Positions 35,674-43,978 of a DNA stretch of 60,662 nucleotides are shown in pieces; within the stretch, counting starts at the first letter, position 1, and each line of letters opens with the position of its first letter. This stretch comes from an uncultured Clostridia bacterium. Lineage in GTDB: Bacteria; Bacillota; Clostridia; Christensenellales; UBA1242. A program made the position numbers and the translations under genes. The notes below the pieces were generated by a model, which worked only from the letters and a program-made list of their open reading frames with translations, did not search any database and had not been told where the DNA came from. The DNA is taken from contig CALVZD010000001.1 of assembly GCA_944372435.1 (NCBI GenBank), positions 1-60,662 on the forward strand, written 5' to 3'.

Positions 35674-36147
35674 TTATTTTGCGTCAGTTTTCTTTTTTGA
35701 GGTTGTTTTGCTAGCTGACTTTGCAGGAGCTTTTGCAGCAGTTTTTGGAGCTGCTTTTGCGGCTGTTGACTTTGCAGCTTTCTTTTTTGATTCTGCTTTT
35801 TTGTTTTCTTCCTCTTCAACGAGTGTGTAGTATTGATCGAACACTGCGATTGCGATTTCTTCGTTTTCTTCAAGGTTCAAAACAGCCTCGCCGTCGTCAT
35901 CTTCTTCAACCCTAAACACGATCGCCTCATCATCAGCCACGCCCTCGATTTTTGAGATAGGCTTTAAGATGCAGTAAAGTGAATCCTCTCCGTAAGGAAT
36001 AACTGCGATCTGATCGAATTTAAGCCTGCGGCCACTTGCGTCGGTCATATAAATCGGAGCTGTGTTGTTTTCGTCCAAAAGCACATCGAGAAGGTCAACT
36101 TTAACGATATCTTCCTCTTTTTCTTCAACTTTTTTTCTTGGTGCCAT
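35674..36147 (-). CDS. DUF1292 (YrzB-like) protein with a Lys/Ala-rich tail
   Basis: The core FDQIAVIPYGEDSLYCILKP..DEAIVFRVEEDDDGE fits DUF1292. It follows ruvX, as in Bacillus (yrrK-yrzB). Confidence 0.75.
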   Translation of the reverse strand: MAPRKKVEEKEEDIVKVDLLDVLLDENNTAPIYMTDASGRRLKFDQIAVIPYGEDSLYCILKPISKIEGVADDEAIVFRVEEDDDGEAVLNLEENEEIAIAVFDQYYTLVEEEENKKAESKKKAAKSTAAKAAPKTAAKAPAKSASKTTSKKKTDAK

Positions 36148-36160
36148 AATTTTTCCCCTT

Positions 36161-36583
36161 TTATTTTTTTGTGTTGAGATAATCCTGCAAGATGATTTGC
36201 GCGGCGACTTTGTCCAAAATCTTTTTTCGCTCCTGCCATGGCATTTTTGCCTCTTTCAAAAGCTCTTCTGCCTCGATTGAGGAAAATCTTTCGTCAACGA
36301 GCTCTGTTTCAAGCCCGCTTTTTTGCTGCAAAAGATTTGCAAACTGGCGGGTTACTTGCGCTCGCGAGCCCTCTGTGCCATCGGCGTTGAGAGGCAGGCC
36401 TATGATGATTTTGGTTGCGCCTTGACTGCTGGCGAGCTGGCAAAGATAGTCGAGATCGTTTTGCAGACAGGTTCGGTGATACACCTCATATGCCGAGGCG
36501 ATCGTGCCTGTTGGATCCGAAAACGCCACTCCTATCCTCTTGTCGCCATAATCCAGGCAAATGTATCTTTTGGATTTGATCAT
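36161..36583 (-). CDS. ruvX: YqgF/RuvX-family putative pre-16S rRNA nuclease
   Basis: MIKSKRYICLDYGDKRIGVAFSD. Confidence 0.9.
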   Translation of the reverse strand: MIKSKRYICLDYGDKRIGVAFSDPTGTIASAYEVYHRTCLQNDLDYLCQLASSQGATKIIIGLPLNADGTEGSRAQVTRQFANLLQQKSGLETELVDERFSSIEAEELLKEAKMPWQERKKILDKVAAQIILQDYLNTKK

Positions 36584-36590
36584 CAACCAT

Positions 36591-36620
36591 ATTATAACCC
36601 ATGTTGAAAAATAAAGTCAA
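36591..36620 (-). promoter_or_regulatory. sigma-A promoter of ruvX; leaderless geometry
   Basis: Reverse strand: TTGACT (36620-36615), 18 nt, TATAAT (36596-36591), 7 nt, ATG (36583). Confidence 0.5.
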
Positions 36621-36625
36621 ACAAA

Positions 36626-39124
36626 TTACTTGCATTCCATAAGATTTTTTCCGAAATTTAGGCTGATTGGAAGCGGAACTTTGAGGTTCAGCCAGTTTTC
36701 CATCGCCTGTTGCAGAATTTTTTCGACAATTTTCTCTTCGCCTGGATAGACGTCCAGCACAAGCTCGTCATGGATTTGCAAAATCAGCTGCGATTTTAAG
36801 ATGTTTTTTTCAAGCAGCTGTTCGACTTTTAGCATACTGAATTTTATTATGTCCGAGGCGGTGCCTTGCAGAGGCATATTCATTGCGACGCGCTCGCCAA
36901 ACGACTGTTGCAGCCGGTTGGAAGAGGCAAGTTCAGGGATGTGACGAATTCTGCCATACTTAGTTCGAACAAAGCCATGCTGTTTTGCAAAAGAGATGTT
37001 TGAGTCGGAAAACTCTTTGATTTTTGGATAGCGCTGATAGAACGAGTCAATATATTGCTGCGCGCTTTTTAGTGGCACCTTTATGTTTTGCGACAGGCCA
37101 TAGCCGCTTATGCCATATATAACGCCAAAATTCACGGCTTTTGCCTCTCTTCGCATTTTTGGAGTCACCTCGTCTGGCTTTACACCAAAGATGATGCAGG
37201 CGGTTTGCGTGTGAACATCACGGCCTTCTTTGAAAGTTTCGATGAGTTTTTCCTCGCCCGACATATCTGCAAGCAGCCTAAGCTCGATCTGACTGTAATC
37301 GGCGCTTGCGATCAAGCCGTTTTCAAATTTTGAGATAAAGATCTTTCGCAGCGATCTGCCCTCTGCATCGTTTGTTGGAATGTTTTGAAGGTTTGGATCG
37401 GTGCTTGAAAGCCTGCCAGTGTTTGTGAGGGTTTGATTGAAGTTTGTGTGGATGATGCTGCCTTTTTCTTCACAAATCTTTTTGTAGACATTCACATATG
37501 TTGACTTTAACTTTTGATATTTGCGATAGTCGATTATCTTTTCCACGATCGGATGCGCGCCTTTCAGCTCTTCCAGCACCTCTATGCCGGTTGAACGCTT
37601 TTTGTTTTGCCAAGTTGAAAGCCCTAGCCTATCGAACAAAATTTCAGCCACCTGTTTTGGAGAGTTGATGTTAAACTCTCCGCCAGCAAGCTCATAGATT
37701 TGCCCTGTCAGCTCGTCGAGTTTTGTCGAATATTCTCGGTCGAGCTCGTCGAGCCCCTTTTCGTCGATTTTGAAGCCATTTAATTCCATTTTGAAAAGCA
37801 CTTCGCTCAAAGGCAATTCGAGGCTAAAATAAAGTTCGTCAAGCTGCATTTCTATCAATTTTTCAGACAGCTCTCGCTTCAAATCGAGCCACTCGTCGCA
37901 GGACGATGAGATCGGTTGCGGCGCCTGCCCTGTGTGGATGAGATAGGAAGCCAGCGACAAATCGAAATAGTTTTCAAGTTTGACGCTCAGCCCAGCCAGC
38001 TTGTGCATATCGCTTTTTGCCGAGCAGGTCAGTTTTAGAACATTTTTTTTCTCGAAAACCGGCTTCATTTTCAGTATAAAGTCTGAGAGAGTGATGGCTT
38101 GAGAGAACATATCAAAAGTTGGGCTGAGATAATACACCTTGCCCTTGCCGGTTGAAAATTCAAGTTTTTCAAAGTTATAACAAAGACAGTCTGTCACAGA
38201 GCGCGCAAATTCGTCGAGTTTTTGATAGGAGTCGATGAGAATTTTGTTTTTGTTTTGAGTTTTCGCTCCCGAGAAAAGCTCTGGCCTTTTGAGCAGAGAA
38301 CCGAAAGCATATTCCTCAAAAAATTCGCGCACATCTTTTGAAAACGGAAAATCGTAGACGAGGCTGTCAAAGTCGACATCAAGCTCGCAGTCGGTTTTTA
38401 TGGTCGCCAAGCGATAGGACAGCTCTGCCATGCTTTTGCCCTGCACAAGTTTTTCTTGCAGTTTGCCAGAGATTTTTGATATATTGGCATATACGCCATC
38501 GAGAGAGTTAAAATCGTCGATGAGTTTGTGTGCGGTCTTTTCGCCAACGCCAGCCACGCCTGGAATATTGTCGGACGAATCGCCCATGAGCGCTTTTAAG
38601 TCAATCACCTGCGACGGCGTCAAATTGAACTCTTTTTTGAGCGCAGTTTCATCAATTTTGTTCAGCACTGACACGCCTTTCATAGTCAGCCAAACCTGTG
38701 TGTCGCGAGTGATGAGCTGCAAGAGGTCGCGGTCGCCAGAAAGCAAGATCTTTTTGCCAGAAATCTTTTTGGTGGCAGTTCCGATGATGTCGTCAGCTTC
38801 GATCCCCTCCTGTTCGACGACGGCGATGTTCATGAGTTTGAGAACGCGCTTGATTTCAGGAAATTGTGCTAAAAGCTCAGGTGGAGTTTGCTTGCGTGTG
38901 CCTTTGTAGGCCTCAAAAATTTGGTTTCTGAAAGTCTGTCTTGCGTGGTCGAAGGCGACCAAAATTCCGTCAGGTTTTTCCTCGGAGATCACCTTGATCA
39001 AAATGTTGACAAAGCCAAAAATTGCGCCAGAAGGTTTGCCTGCCGAATTGGTCAAAAAAGGCAGAGCATAAAACGCCCTGTTTGCCAAGCTGTTGCCGTC
39101 GATAATGAGGGTTTTCTTTTCCAT
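36626..39124 (-). CDS. polA: DNA polymerase I
   Basis: 5'-nuclease N-terminus LIIDGNSLANRAFYA. Pol motifs DYSQIELRLLA, RREAKAVNFGVIYG and QIHDELVLDV. Confidence 0.95.
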   Translation of the reverse strand: MEKKTLIIDGNSLANRAFYALPFLTNSAGKPSGAIFGFVNILIKVISEEKPDGILVAFDHARQTFRNQIFEAYKGTRKQTPPELLAQFPEIKRVLKLMNIAVVEQEGIEADDIIGTATKKISGKKILLSGDRDLLQLITRDTQVWLTMKGVSVLNKIDETALKKEFNLTPSQVIDLKALMGDSSDNIPGVAGVGEKTAHKLIDDFNSLDGVYANISKISGKLQEKLVQGKSMAELSYRLATIKTDCELDVDFDSLVYDFPFSKDVREFFEEYAFGSLLKRPELFSGAKTQNKNKILIDSYQKLDEFARSVTDCLCYNFEKLEFSTGKGKVYYLSPTFDMFSQAITLSDFILKMKPVFEKKNVLKLTCSAKSDMHKLAGLSVKLENYFDLSLASYLIHTGQAPQPISSSCDEWLDLKRELSEKLIEMQLDELYFSLELPLSEVLFKMELNGFKIDEKGLDELDREYSTKLDELTGQIYELAGGEFNINSPKQVAEILFDRLGLSTWQNKKRSTGIEVLEELKGAHPIVEKIIDYRKYQKLKSTYVNVYKKICEEKGSIIHTNFNQTLTNTGRLSSTDPNLQNIPTNDAEGRSLRKIFISKFENGLIASADYSQIELRLLADMSGEEKLIETFKEGRDVHTQTACIIFGVKPDEVTPKMRREAKAVNFGVIYGISGYGLSQNIKVPLKSAQQYIDSFYQRYPKIKEFSDSNISFAKQHGFVRTKYGRIRHIPELASSNRLQQSFGERVAMNMPLQGTASDIIKFSMLKVEQLLEKNILKSQLILQIHDELVLDVYPGEEKIVEKILQQAMENWLNLKVPLPISLNFGKNLMECK

Positions 39125-39130
39125 ATTTTT

Positions 39131-39159
39131 ATTTTATCACAAAGCCAAAAGTTTTCGAA
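39131..39159 (-). promoter_or_regulatory. extended -10 promoter of polA; leaderless geometry
   Basis: Reverse strand: TTCGAA, 17 nt, TGa-TAAAAT (39136-39131), aaaaat, ATG (39124). No SD. Confidence 0.45.
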
Positions 39160-39406
39160 ACGATTTGACTTAGTTTTGCGAATTTGATCTGCGATTTTGC
39201 CAGTCAGATTTTGCAAAAATCTTAAAAGTTTTTAAGACAATTTAACCTTTTTGCCAATATGCGTTTTTGCCTCAGGATTAAAGTTTGATATTGCGAAAAC
39301 CATGTTAAAAATTTTTTAAAAGAGCGTTTTTGGCGTTTGAATTATAGCTCTCGGTTTTTCGCCTTGTTTTGAAAATTTAACATTTTGCTGGGCTTTATTA
39401 TTTAAC

Positions 39407-39437
39407 CACAACCAGCAAACCGGGGTTGTGATTTTTT
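39407..39437 (+). terminator. terminator-like hairpin on the plus strand inside the polA upstream spacer
   Basis: CACAACC-agcaaaccgg-GGTTGTG followed by ATTTTTT. No plus-strand gene ends here. Confidence 0.35.
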
Positions 39438-39453
39438 GCCTGAAAAAAATTTT

Positions 39454-39538
39454 AAACACAATTTGTCTGATCGTCTGAAAAAGCTTTAAAACACAATTTG
39501 TCTGAAAAAAAGCGTCAACACAATATATTGATTGTGTT
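39454..39538. repeat. cluster of ACACAAT-containing dyads (two 17-bp direct repeats plus one 22-bp palindrome)
   Basis: aaacacaatttgtctga at 39454-39470 and 39489-39505. AACACAAT-atattg-ATTGTGTT at 39517-39538. Confidence 0.85.
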
Positions 39539-39565
39539 ATGTCAGAATACACACCATATTTTGAT

Positions 39566-39595
39566 ATAAAAAAGCTTGCTTTGTTTTAAGCAAGC
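39566..39595 (-). terminator. terminator of the rarA operon
   Basis: Reverse strand: GCTTGCTT-aaaaca-AAGCAAGC (overlaps the stop codon) followed by TTTTTTATATC. Confidence 0.8.
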
Positions 39596-39876
39596 CCGAA
39601 CACTCCTGCAAAATATGCCGGAAATGCAACGACGAAGATATAAAAGATTGTGACGAGGATCAAAAGCACAAGCAGAATTATTTTGAAAATATTGCCTGTG
39701 AAATTTGTCACAGCAAAGGCAAAAAGCAGAGCAACACCGCCATACATCGAGGTGTAATGCACCACCTGCCCCCAAGCGCCGAGTGCTGACAGATCCGGCA
39801 CCGCTGCGACATAGATCATCAGCGCGATATAGGCGATCACTGCAATAGAAAGCACAAGATATATCAATCGTTTCAT
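39586..39876 (-). CDS. small hydrophobic membrane protein (3 TM), unknown function
   Basis: 96 aa. Its ATG overlaps the upstream stop (ATGA). Confidence 0.6.
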   Translation of the reverse strand: MKRLIYLVLSIAVIAYIALMIYVAAVPDLSALGAWGQVVHYTSMYGGVALLFAFAVTNFTGNIFKIILLVLLILVTIFYIFVVAFPAYFAGVFGLA

Positions 39877-40943
39877 TCAGCCACCTTTTTTGTTTTTCTT
39901 TCGGCTTTTTCAAGTTTGCGTTCAAATTTGAGGAGCTTTTTCTCGTCTTTTGCTCGCTCTTTTTCTTCTTTTTCCTTTTCTTTTTCGGCTTTAAGCTGCT
40001 CTTTTTTGAGCTTGATCAAGGTTTTATCCTTTTTAACCTTGCTTTTTTTGACTTTGCTTTTGGTTTTCTTTTTGCGTTTTTTGATTGTAAGCTTTTTGGA
40101 GCCATCCTCAGGCATGCTTTCAAGCAAGCAGTCTGGATTGGCGAACATATCCTTCCAAATTCGCAGAGATTTTGCAAAATAGAAGCCGTCTGCCACACGT
40201 TCGTCCATAGTTATGCCAAGGTTCATGACTTTTCCGAGTTTGAGCTCTTTGTTCTTTTCAACAACAGGCGCAATCTTTTCCTTGCCCATAGCGACAAACA
40301 AGCTGCAATTTCCAAATTCATAGAGATGGTGGAAGATTGCATCGTTTTTGATCGATTTGAGGTTTGTCAAAAATGCACTGCAATGAAAACAGCTGTCTTC
40401 GATGAGCGATTTTGGCATCATGTTGTGGCGATCCATCCATCTGACAACCCATAACGCAAATCTCCTCACCCATTTTGGAAATTTGCAGAACACGGCAGCC
40501 GTGTCGGTTGTGCCATAGTTTGAATCTGGAGAAACATGCTTTTCAATCAGCCCGTCGACATATTCCTTGACCTGTTGAAGGCTCTCTCTGCCGGTGAAGT
40601 GAAACTTGAGATCGACATCCTCACCTTCGTCAGAAAGCTGTTTTTTGACAACCATGCAGATTGAGATGTCCTTATGCTCATATATCACATTGTGGTTGAC
40701 AAAATAGTTGAGCTTTGGTCTGAGATACAAAAGCCTGACAAGTGCCGTCATCATTATGTGCGTGTAGGTGTAGTGATTGCCGAGTTTGCGTTGCCTTGAA
40801 ATGAACTCGTCCATCGCCTCGCATCTGATTTGATCCATAAAATAGTTTGAAGCGCCAATTCGATCTCTCATAAAAAATGGAGCCATTTTTGTGACTGGGT
40901 CGAGCCCTTTTACTATAATTCCGTCACTTCTTTTATTGAACAT
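39873..40943 (-). CDS. stand-alone 2-oxoacid dehydrogenase E2 / CAT-like acyltransferase-fold protein with a ~85-aa Lys/Glu tail
   Basis: GITMDERVADGFYFAKSL aligns to the E2 catalytic DHRxxDG motif, with Glu in place of His. AAAGGAGAAA SD inside the rarA 3' end. Confidence 0.55.
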   Translation of the reverse strand: MFNKRSDGIIVKGLDPVTKMAPFFMRDRIGASNYFMDQIRCEAMDEFISRQRKLGNHYTYTHIMMTALVRLLYLRPKLNYFVNHNVIYEHKDISICMVVKKQLSDEGEDVDLKFHFTGRESLQQVKEYVDGLIEKHVSPDSNYGTTDTAAVFCKFPKWVRRFALWVVRWMDRHNMMPKSLIEDSCFHCSAFLTNLKSIKNDAIFHHLYEFGNCSLFVAMGKEKIAPVVEKNKELKLGKVMNLGITMDERVADGFYFAKSLRIWKDMFANPDCLLESMPEDGSKKLTIKKRKKKTKSKVKKSKVKKDKTLIKLKKEQLKAEKEKEKEEKERAKDEKKLLKFERKLEKAERKTKKVAE

Positions 40944-42213
40944 TGTTGTTTTCTCCTTTAAATTTTTTTCGCAACAAGTTTTTCTCTTTGCCGTTTTGCT
41001 TTGGCTTGTAGTAAATGTGGTCTTTTATCGCATCAGGCAGATATTGCTGTTTGCAGTAGCCGCCATAATCATGCGGATATTTGTATTTTCCATGACCGTC
41101 GTCGTTGGTCGACGGATGATTTTTCAGATGATTTGGAACGTTGTCATCCCTGAGCGAGATCGCGTCTTTTTCAGCTGCATGCATTGCAAGCAGCACCGAA
41201 TTCGACTTTTCCGCCTCGCAAGCATAGATTATCGCGTGAGAGAGGTTTAACATCGCCTCCGGAAGCCCAATCTTTTCAACAGCCGTGAACGCCGCGATTG
41301 CAAGCAAAAGCGCGTTGGAGTCCGCCATGCCTATATCCTCAGAAGCGTGAGCGATGAGTCTGCGCGCGATTATGAGCGGATCGCAGCCAGCTTGAATGAG
41401 GCGCTGAGCGTAGAAGAGTGCGGCGTCGGTGTCAGAACCTCGAATGCTTTTGCAGAAAGCTGAAAGCAGGTCGTAGTGCATGCCAACATCGGTTGAAAGC
41501 GGCTTGCGGTCAAGGCACTCGGCAATCACGTTTTCATCGATCAAGATCTTTTTGTTTTTGCCGATTGGAGTTGTGTTTGCGGCAAGTTCAAGAGCATTCA
41601 AAGCGGCGCGAGCGTCTCCACCGCAGACATATCCCAAAAAGTCCATCGCTTTGTCCGTCATATTGATCGGCAAGTTCCCCAGCCCGTTTTCTTTGTCAGA
41701 CAAGGCGCGCTTTAAGGTTTTTTTGATGTCATCAATCGAGAGCGGTTTAAGCTCAAACACCTTACACCTTGAAACTATCGCTCGGGTCATTGAAGTGAAC
41801 GGATTTTCGGTCGTCGATCCGATGAAGAAAATCTGCCCCTTTTCGATCGCCTCCAAAACGCAATCGCTTTGGCTTTTGCTCCACCTGTGGCACTCATCCA
41901 AAAGCAGATAGGTGTCTTTGCCAAGCAAAATTTTGTCGCGCTTTGCTTTTTCGATGACCGCTTTTGCGTCTGCCACACCTGATGCAACAGCGTTGAGTTT
42001 TTCAATGTTAGCGTTCAGAGAATCTGCGATGATATAAGCGAGCGTCGTTTTTCCGGTGCCTGGCGGGCCATAAAAAATCATGCTGCCAACATTTCCAAAT
42101 TCGATTGCGCGGCGCAAAATCTTTCCCTTTCCCACAATATGCTCTTGCCCCACAAAATCGTCCAGCGTTTTTGGACGCATCCTTTGTGCAAGAGGAACTC
42201 TAAGCTCACTCAT
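40933..42213 (-). CDS. rarA: replication-associated recombination protein A (AAA+ ATPase)
   Basis: LAQRMRPKTLDDFVGQEHIVG and GPPGTGKTT, plus the MgsA C-terminal domain. Confidence 0.92.
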   Translation of the reverse strand: MSELRVPLAQRMRPKTLDDFVGQEHIVGKGKILRRAIEFGNVGSMIFYGPPGTGKTTLAYIIADSLNANIEKLNAVASGVADAKAVIEKAKRDKILLGKDTYLLLDECHRWSKSQSDCVLEAIEKGQIFFIGSTTENPFTSMTRAIVSRCKVFELKPLSIDDIKKTLKRALSDKENGLGNLPINMTDKAMDFLGYVCGGDARAALNALELAANTTPIGKNKKILIDENVIAECLDRKPLSTDVGMHYDLLSAFCKSIRGSDTDAALFYAQRLIQAGCDPLIIARRLIAHASEDIGMADSNALLLAIAAFTAVEKIGLPEAMLNLSHAIIYACEAEKSNSVLLAMHAAEKDAISLRDDNVPNHLKNHPSTNDDGHGKYKYPHDYGGYCKQQYLPDAIKDHIYYKPKQNGKEKNLLRKKFKGENNNVQ

Positions 42214-42219
42214 GCCAAT

Positions 42220-42248
42220 AGTATATCACAACCACGATAATATTACAA
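42220..42248 (-). promoter_or_regulatory. sigma-A promoter of rarA; leaderless geometry
   Basis: Reverse strand: TTGTAA (42248-42243), 17 nt, TGa-TATACT (42225-42220), attggc, ATG (42213). No SD. Confidence 0.5.
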
Positions 42249-42357
42249 CTGTTTTTTAATATATTTTTAAACAAACACAAAAAACTCACCTTCACCTTTA
42301 AAATAAAGGCGAAAACGACATTTTTTAAGTTTTGATTGTTTTTTTAGTAAAAAAACG

Positions 42358-43551
42358 CTATTCGCCTTTTATTATAAGGCAATTCTGCAAATTTTTAAGT
42401 TCTTTCAAATTTATGAAATTTTTTCCGAAAAATTTGGTTTTGTCAAGCTGCAAATAGCTCTGTCCCTCAGTTTTTGCAATGTTTATCGTTTTCCATTCTC
42501 TTCCGTCAAAAAGCTGCAAAGAAAGCAGATTTTCAAGCCCAGCAAACACAAAATTTTTGCCGTTTTTTATCACAAAGTTTTCTTTGAGCTTGCCATACTC
42601 AATTTCGCTTTCGCGTTCCTCTTTGCCGCTGAGCCAAGACAAATATATTCGCTCAGGCAGAGTTTGATTGAGACGGCGCTGCAAAGCCTTGTCTTTCGAC
42701 TTTATGCGCACGTTAAACCTCTCCTGCACTTGCCTGTCAGCCTCTGCCATAAACATCTCCATCTCGCCTTGATTTGACAGCACAAACTTTTGATCGCCAA
42801 AATTGAAAAAATGCACACGCTTTTGTTTTGGTTTTAGTGTCACCTCACACAGCACATTTATGCAAGCGTGCGTGCAGTTTTCGACGCCATCGATGCAGGA
42901 AAACACAAACTTTGACTTTCGACACGAAAAGTTGAAGTAGGTTTTGTCCAACGAAAAAAGGTCGGTCACTTCGATGTGATTTGCCTTTTTTTGAAAAAAA
43001 TAATATCCGCGTTTTAAAGGAATGTTGATGCAAAAGTTGAGAGTTTTTGGTGAGTCTGAAAGGTTTAAAAACTCAAAATAAAAGCTTCTTCCGCACATGA
43101 CGAATTCCTTGGCGTAAAATTTTATGTCGTTCTCAATCCCGCTTGATTGAAGATAAAAGTTATGCAAACATAAGTTTTGTCTGACTCCGTTTATTTCAAC
43201 ATAATTTTCTTCGGCTTTCAGGTGATAGCCTGAATGGCAGCGATAATTTATGTTGAGTTTGTTTATGTCGGTGTTGTTTTTTAAAATTATCGCGCCGAGC
43301 TCTTTTTGGGCGCGTTTGTTTTCTTCTGGCAGAACAAGGTTAAAATCACACACAGATTTTGCGCGTTTGAAGCATTTAAAAAGCGGTCGCGAGAGAGTTT
43401 TGTCGAACTTGAAAACAGGCAGCGAAGGGTCGACGCCGAGCTTTATCAGCCTGTCGAAGTCGACATCAGTGCTGTAAAGGATAGGCGCGTGAAACCTAAG
43501 CCTATTTAGGATCAAATTTGTCATATTGAAAAGATAATCGCGTTTTTTCAT
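42358..43551 (-). CDS. hypothetical Cys/Phe/Asn/Lys-rich protein, 397 aa
   Basis: The tracked ORF was trimmed because its first 11 codons overlap the rnpB terminator. I recognise no domain. Confidence 0.5.
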   Translation of the reverse strand: MKKRDYLFNMTNLILNRLRFHAPILYSTDVDFDRLIKLGVDPSLPVFKFDKTLSRPLFKCFKRAKSVCDFNLVLPEENKRAQKELGAIILKNNTDINKLNINYRCHSGYHLKAEENYVEINGVRQNLCLHNFYLQSSGIENDIKFYAKEFVMCGRSFYFEFLNLSDSPKTLNFCINIPLKRGYYFFQKKANHIEVTDLFSLDKTYFNFSCRKSKFVFSCIDGVENCTHACINVLCEVTLKPKQKRVHFFNFGDQKFVLSNQGEMEMFMAEADRQVQERFNVRIKSKDKALQRRLNQTLPERIYLSWLSGKEERESEIEYGKLKENFVIKNGKNFVFAGLENLLSLQLFDGREWKTINIAKTEGQSYLQLDKTKFFGKNFINLKELKNLQNCLIIKGE

Positions 43552-43570
43552 AACAAAAGTTTTGCCATAA

Positions 43571-43599
43571 AAAGAAAAAAGCAAACCATAAAAGTTTGC
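43571..43599 (-). terminator. terminator of rnpB
   Basis: Reverse strand: GCAAAC-ttttatg-GTTTGC followed by TTTTTTCTTTTT. Confidence 0.75.
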
Positions 43600-43606
43600 T
43601 TTGGTC

Positions 43607-43938
43607 AGCCAAACATAAGCCGAGTTCTGTGTTCTGTGGTCATCTATCTAGGCCTGTTGTTGCCAGCAGGCTCAAGCGTTGCTTTTGGAAGGCGTGAAAG
43701 ACGGCACATTGCCTTCACTTAAACTTGCATCGGGTGGGGTTTACAGTGACGAGAGATGTCTCCACCTCTCCGGTGAGCTCTTACCTCACCTTTCCATCCT
43801 TGCCTTTTTAGGGGCGGTTTATTTCTGTTGCACTTTCCTTAGAGTCGCCTCCACCGGCCGTTAGCCGGCACCCTGTCTTTTGATGCCCGGACTTTCCTCA
43901 CTTTGCTTTTAAGGCAAACCGCGACCACAAGTTTGACT
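43607..43938 (-). ncRNA. rnpB: RNase P RNA
   Basis: Reverse strand carries GAGGAAAGTCCGGGC, GGAAAGTGCAACAGAAA..CCGCC, GGTGAGGTAAGAGCTCACC and ACAGAACTCGGCTTATG. P1 pairs AGTCAAAC (5') with GTTTGGCT (3'). Ends are approximate. Confidence 0.9.
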
Positions 43939-43947
43939 GACGAGATT

Positions 43948-43977
43948 ATTTTAGCACAACTCTCGCTCTGCTGTCAA
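43948..43977 (-). promoter_or_regulatory. sigma-A promoter of rnpB
   Basis: Reverse strand: TTGACA (43977-43972), 18 nt, TGc-TAAAAT (43953-43948). Confidence 0.65.
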
Positions 43978-43978
43978 G

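Noticed and set aside
39316-39925. ORFs 39316..39552(-) and 39542..39925(-) in and around the polA upstream spacer
   Set aside because: The first has no SD and spans the repeats and hairpin. The second is an alternative frame of the better-supported 96-aa membrane gene and crosses its terminator.
43679-43864. 61-aa plus-strand ORF
   Set aside because: It lies entirely inside, and antisense to, the RNase P RNA gene.
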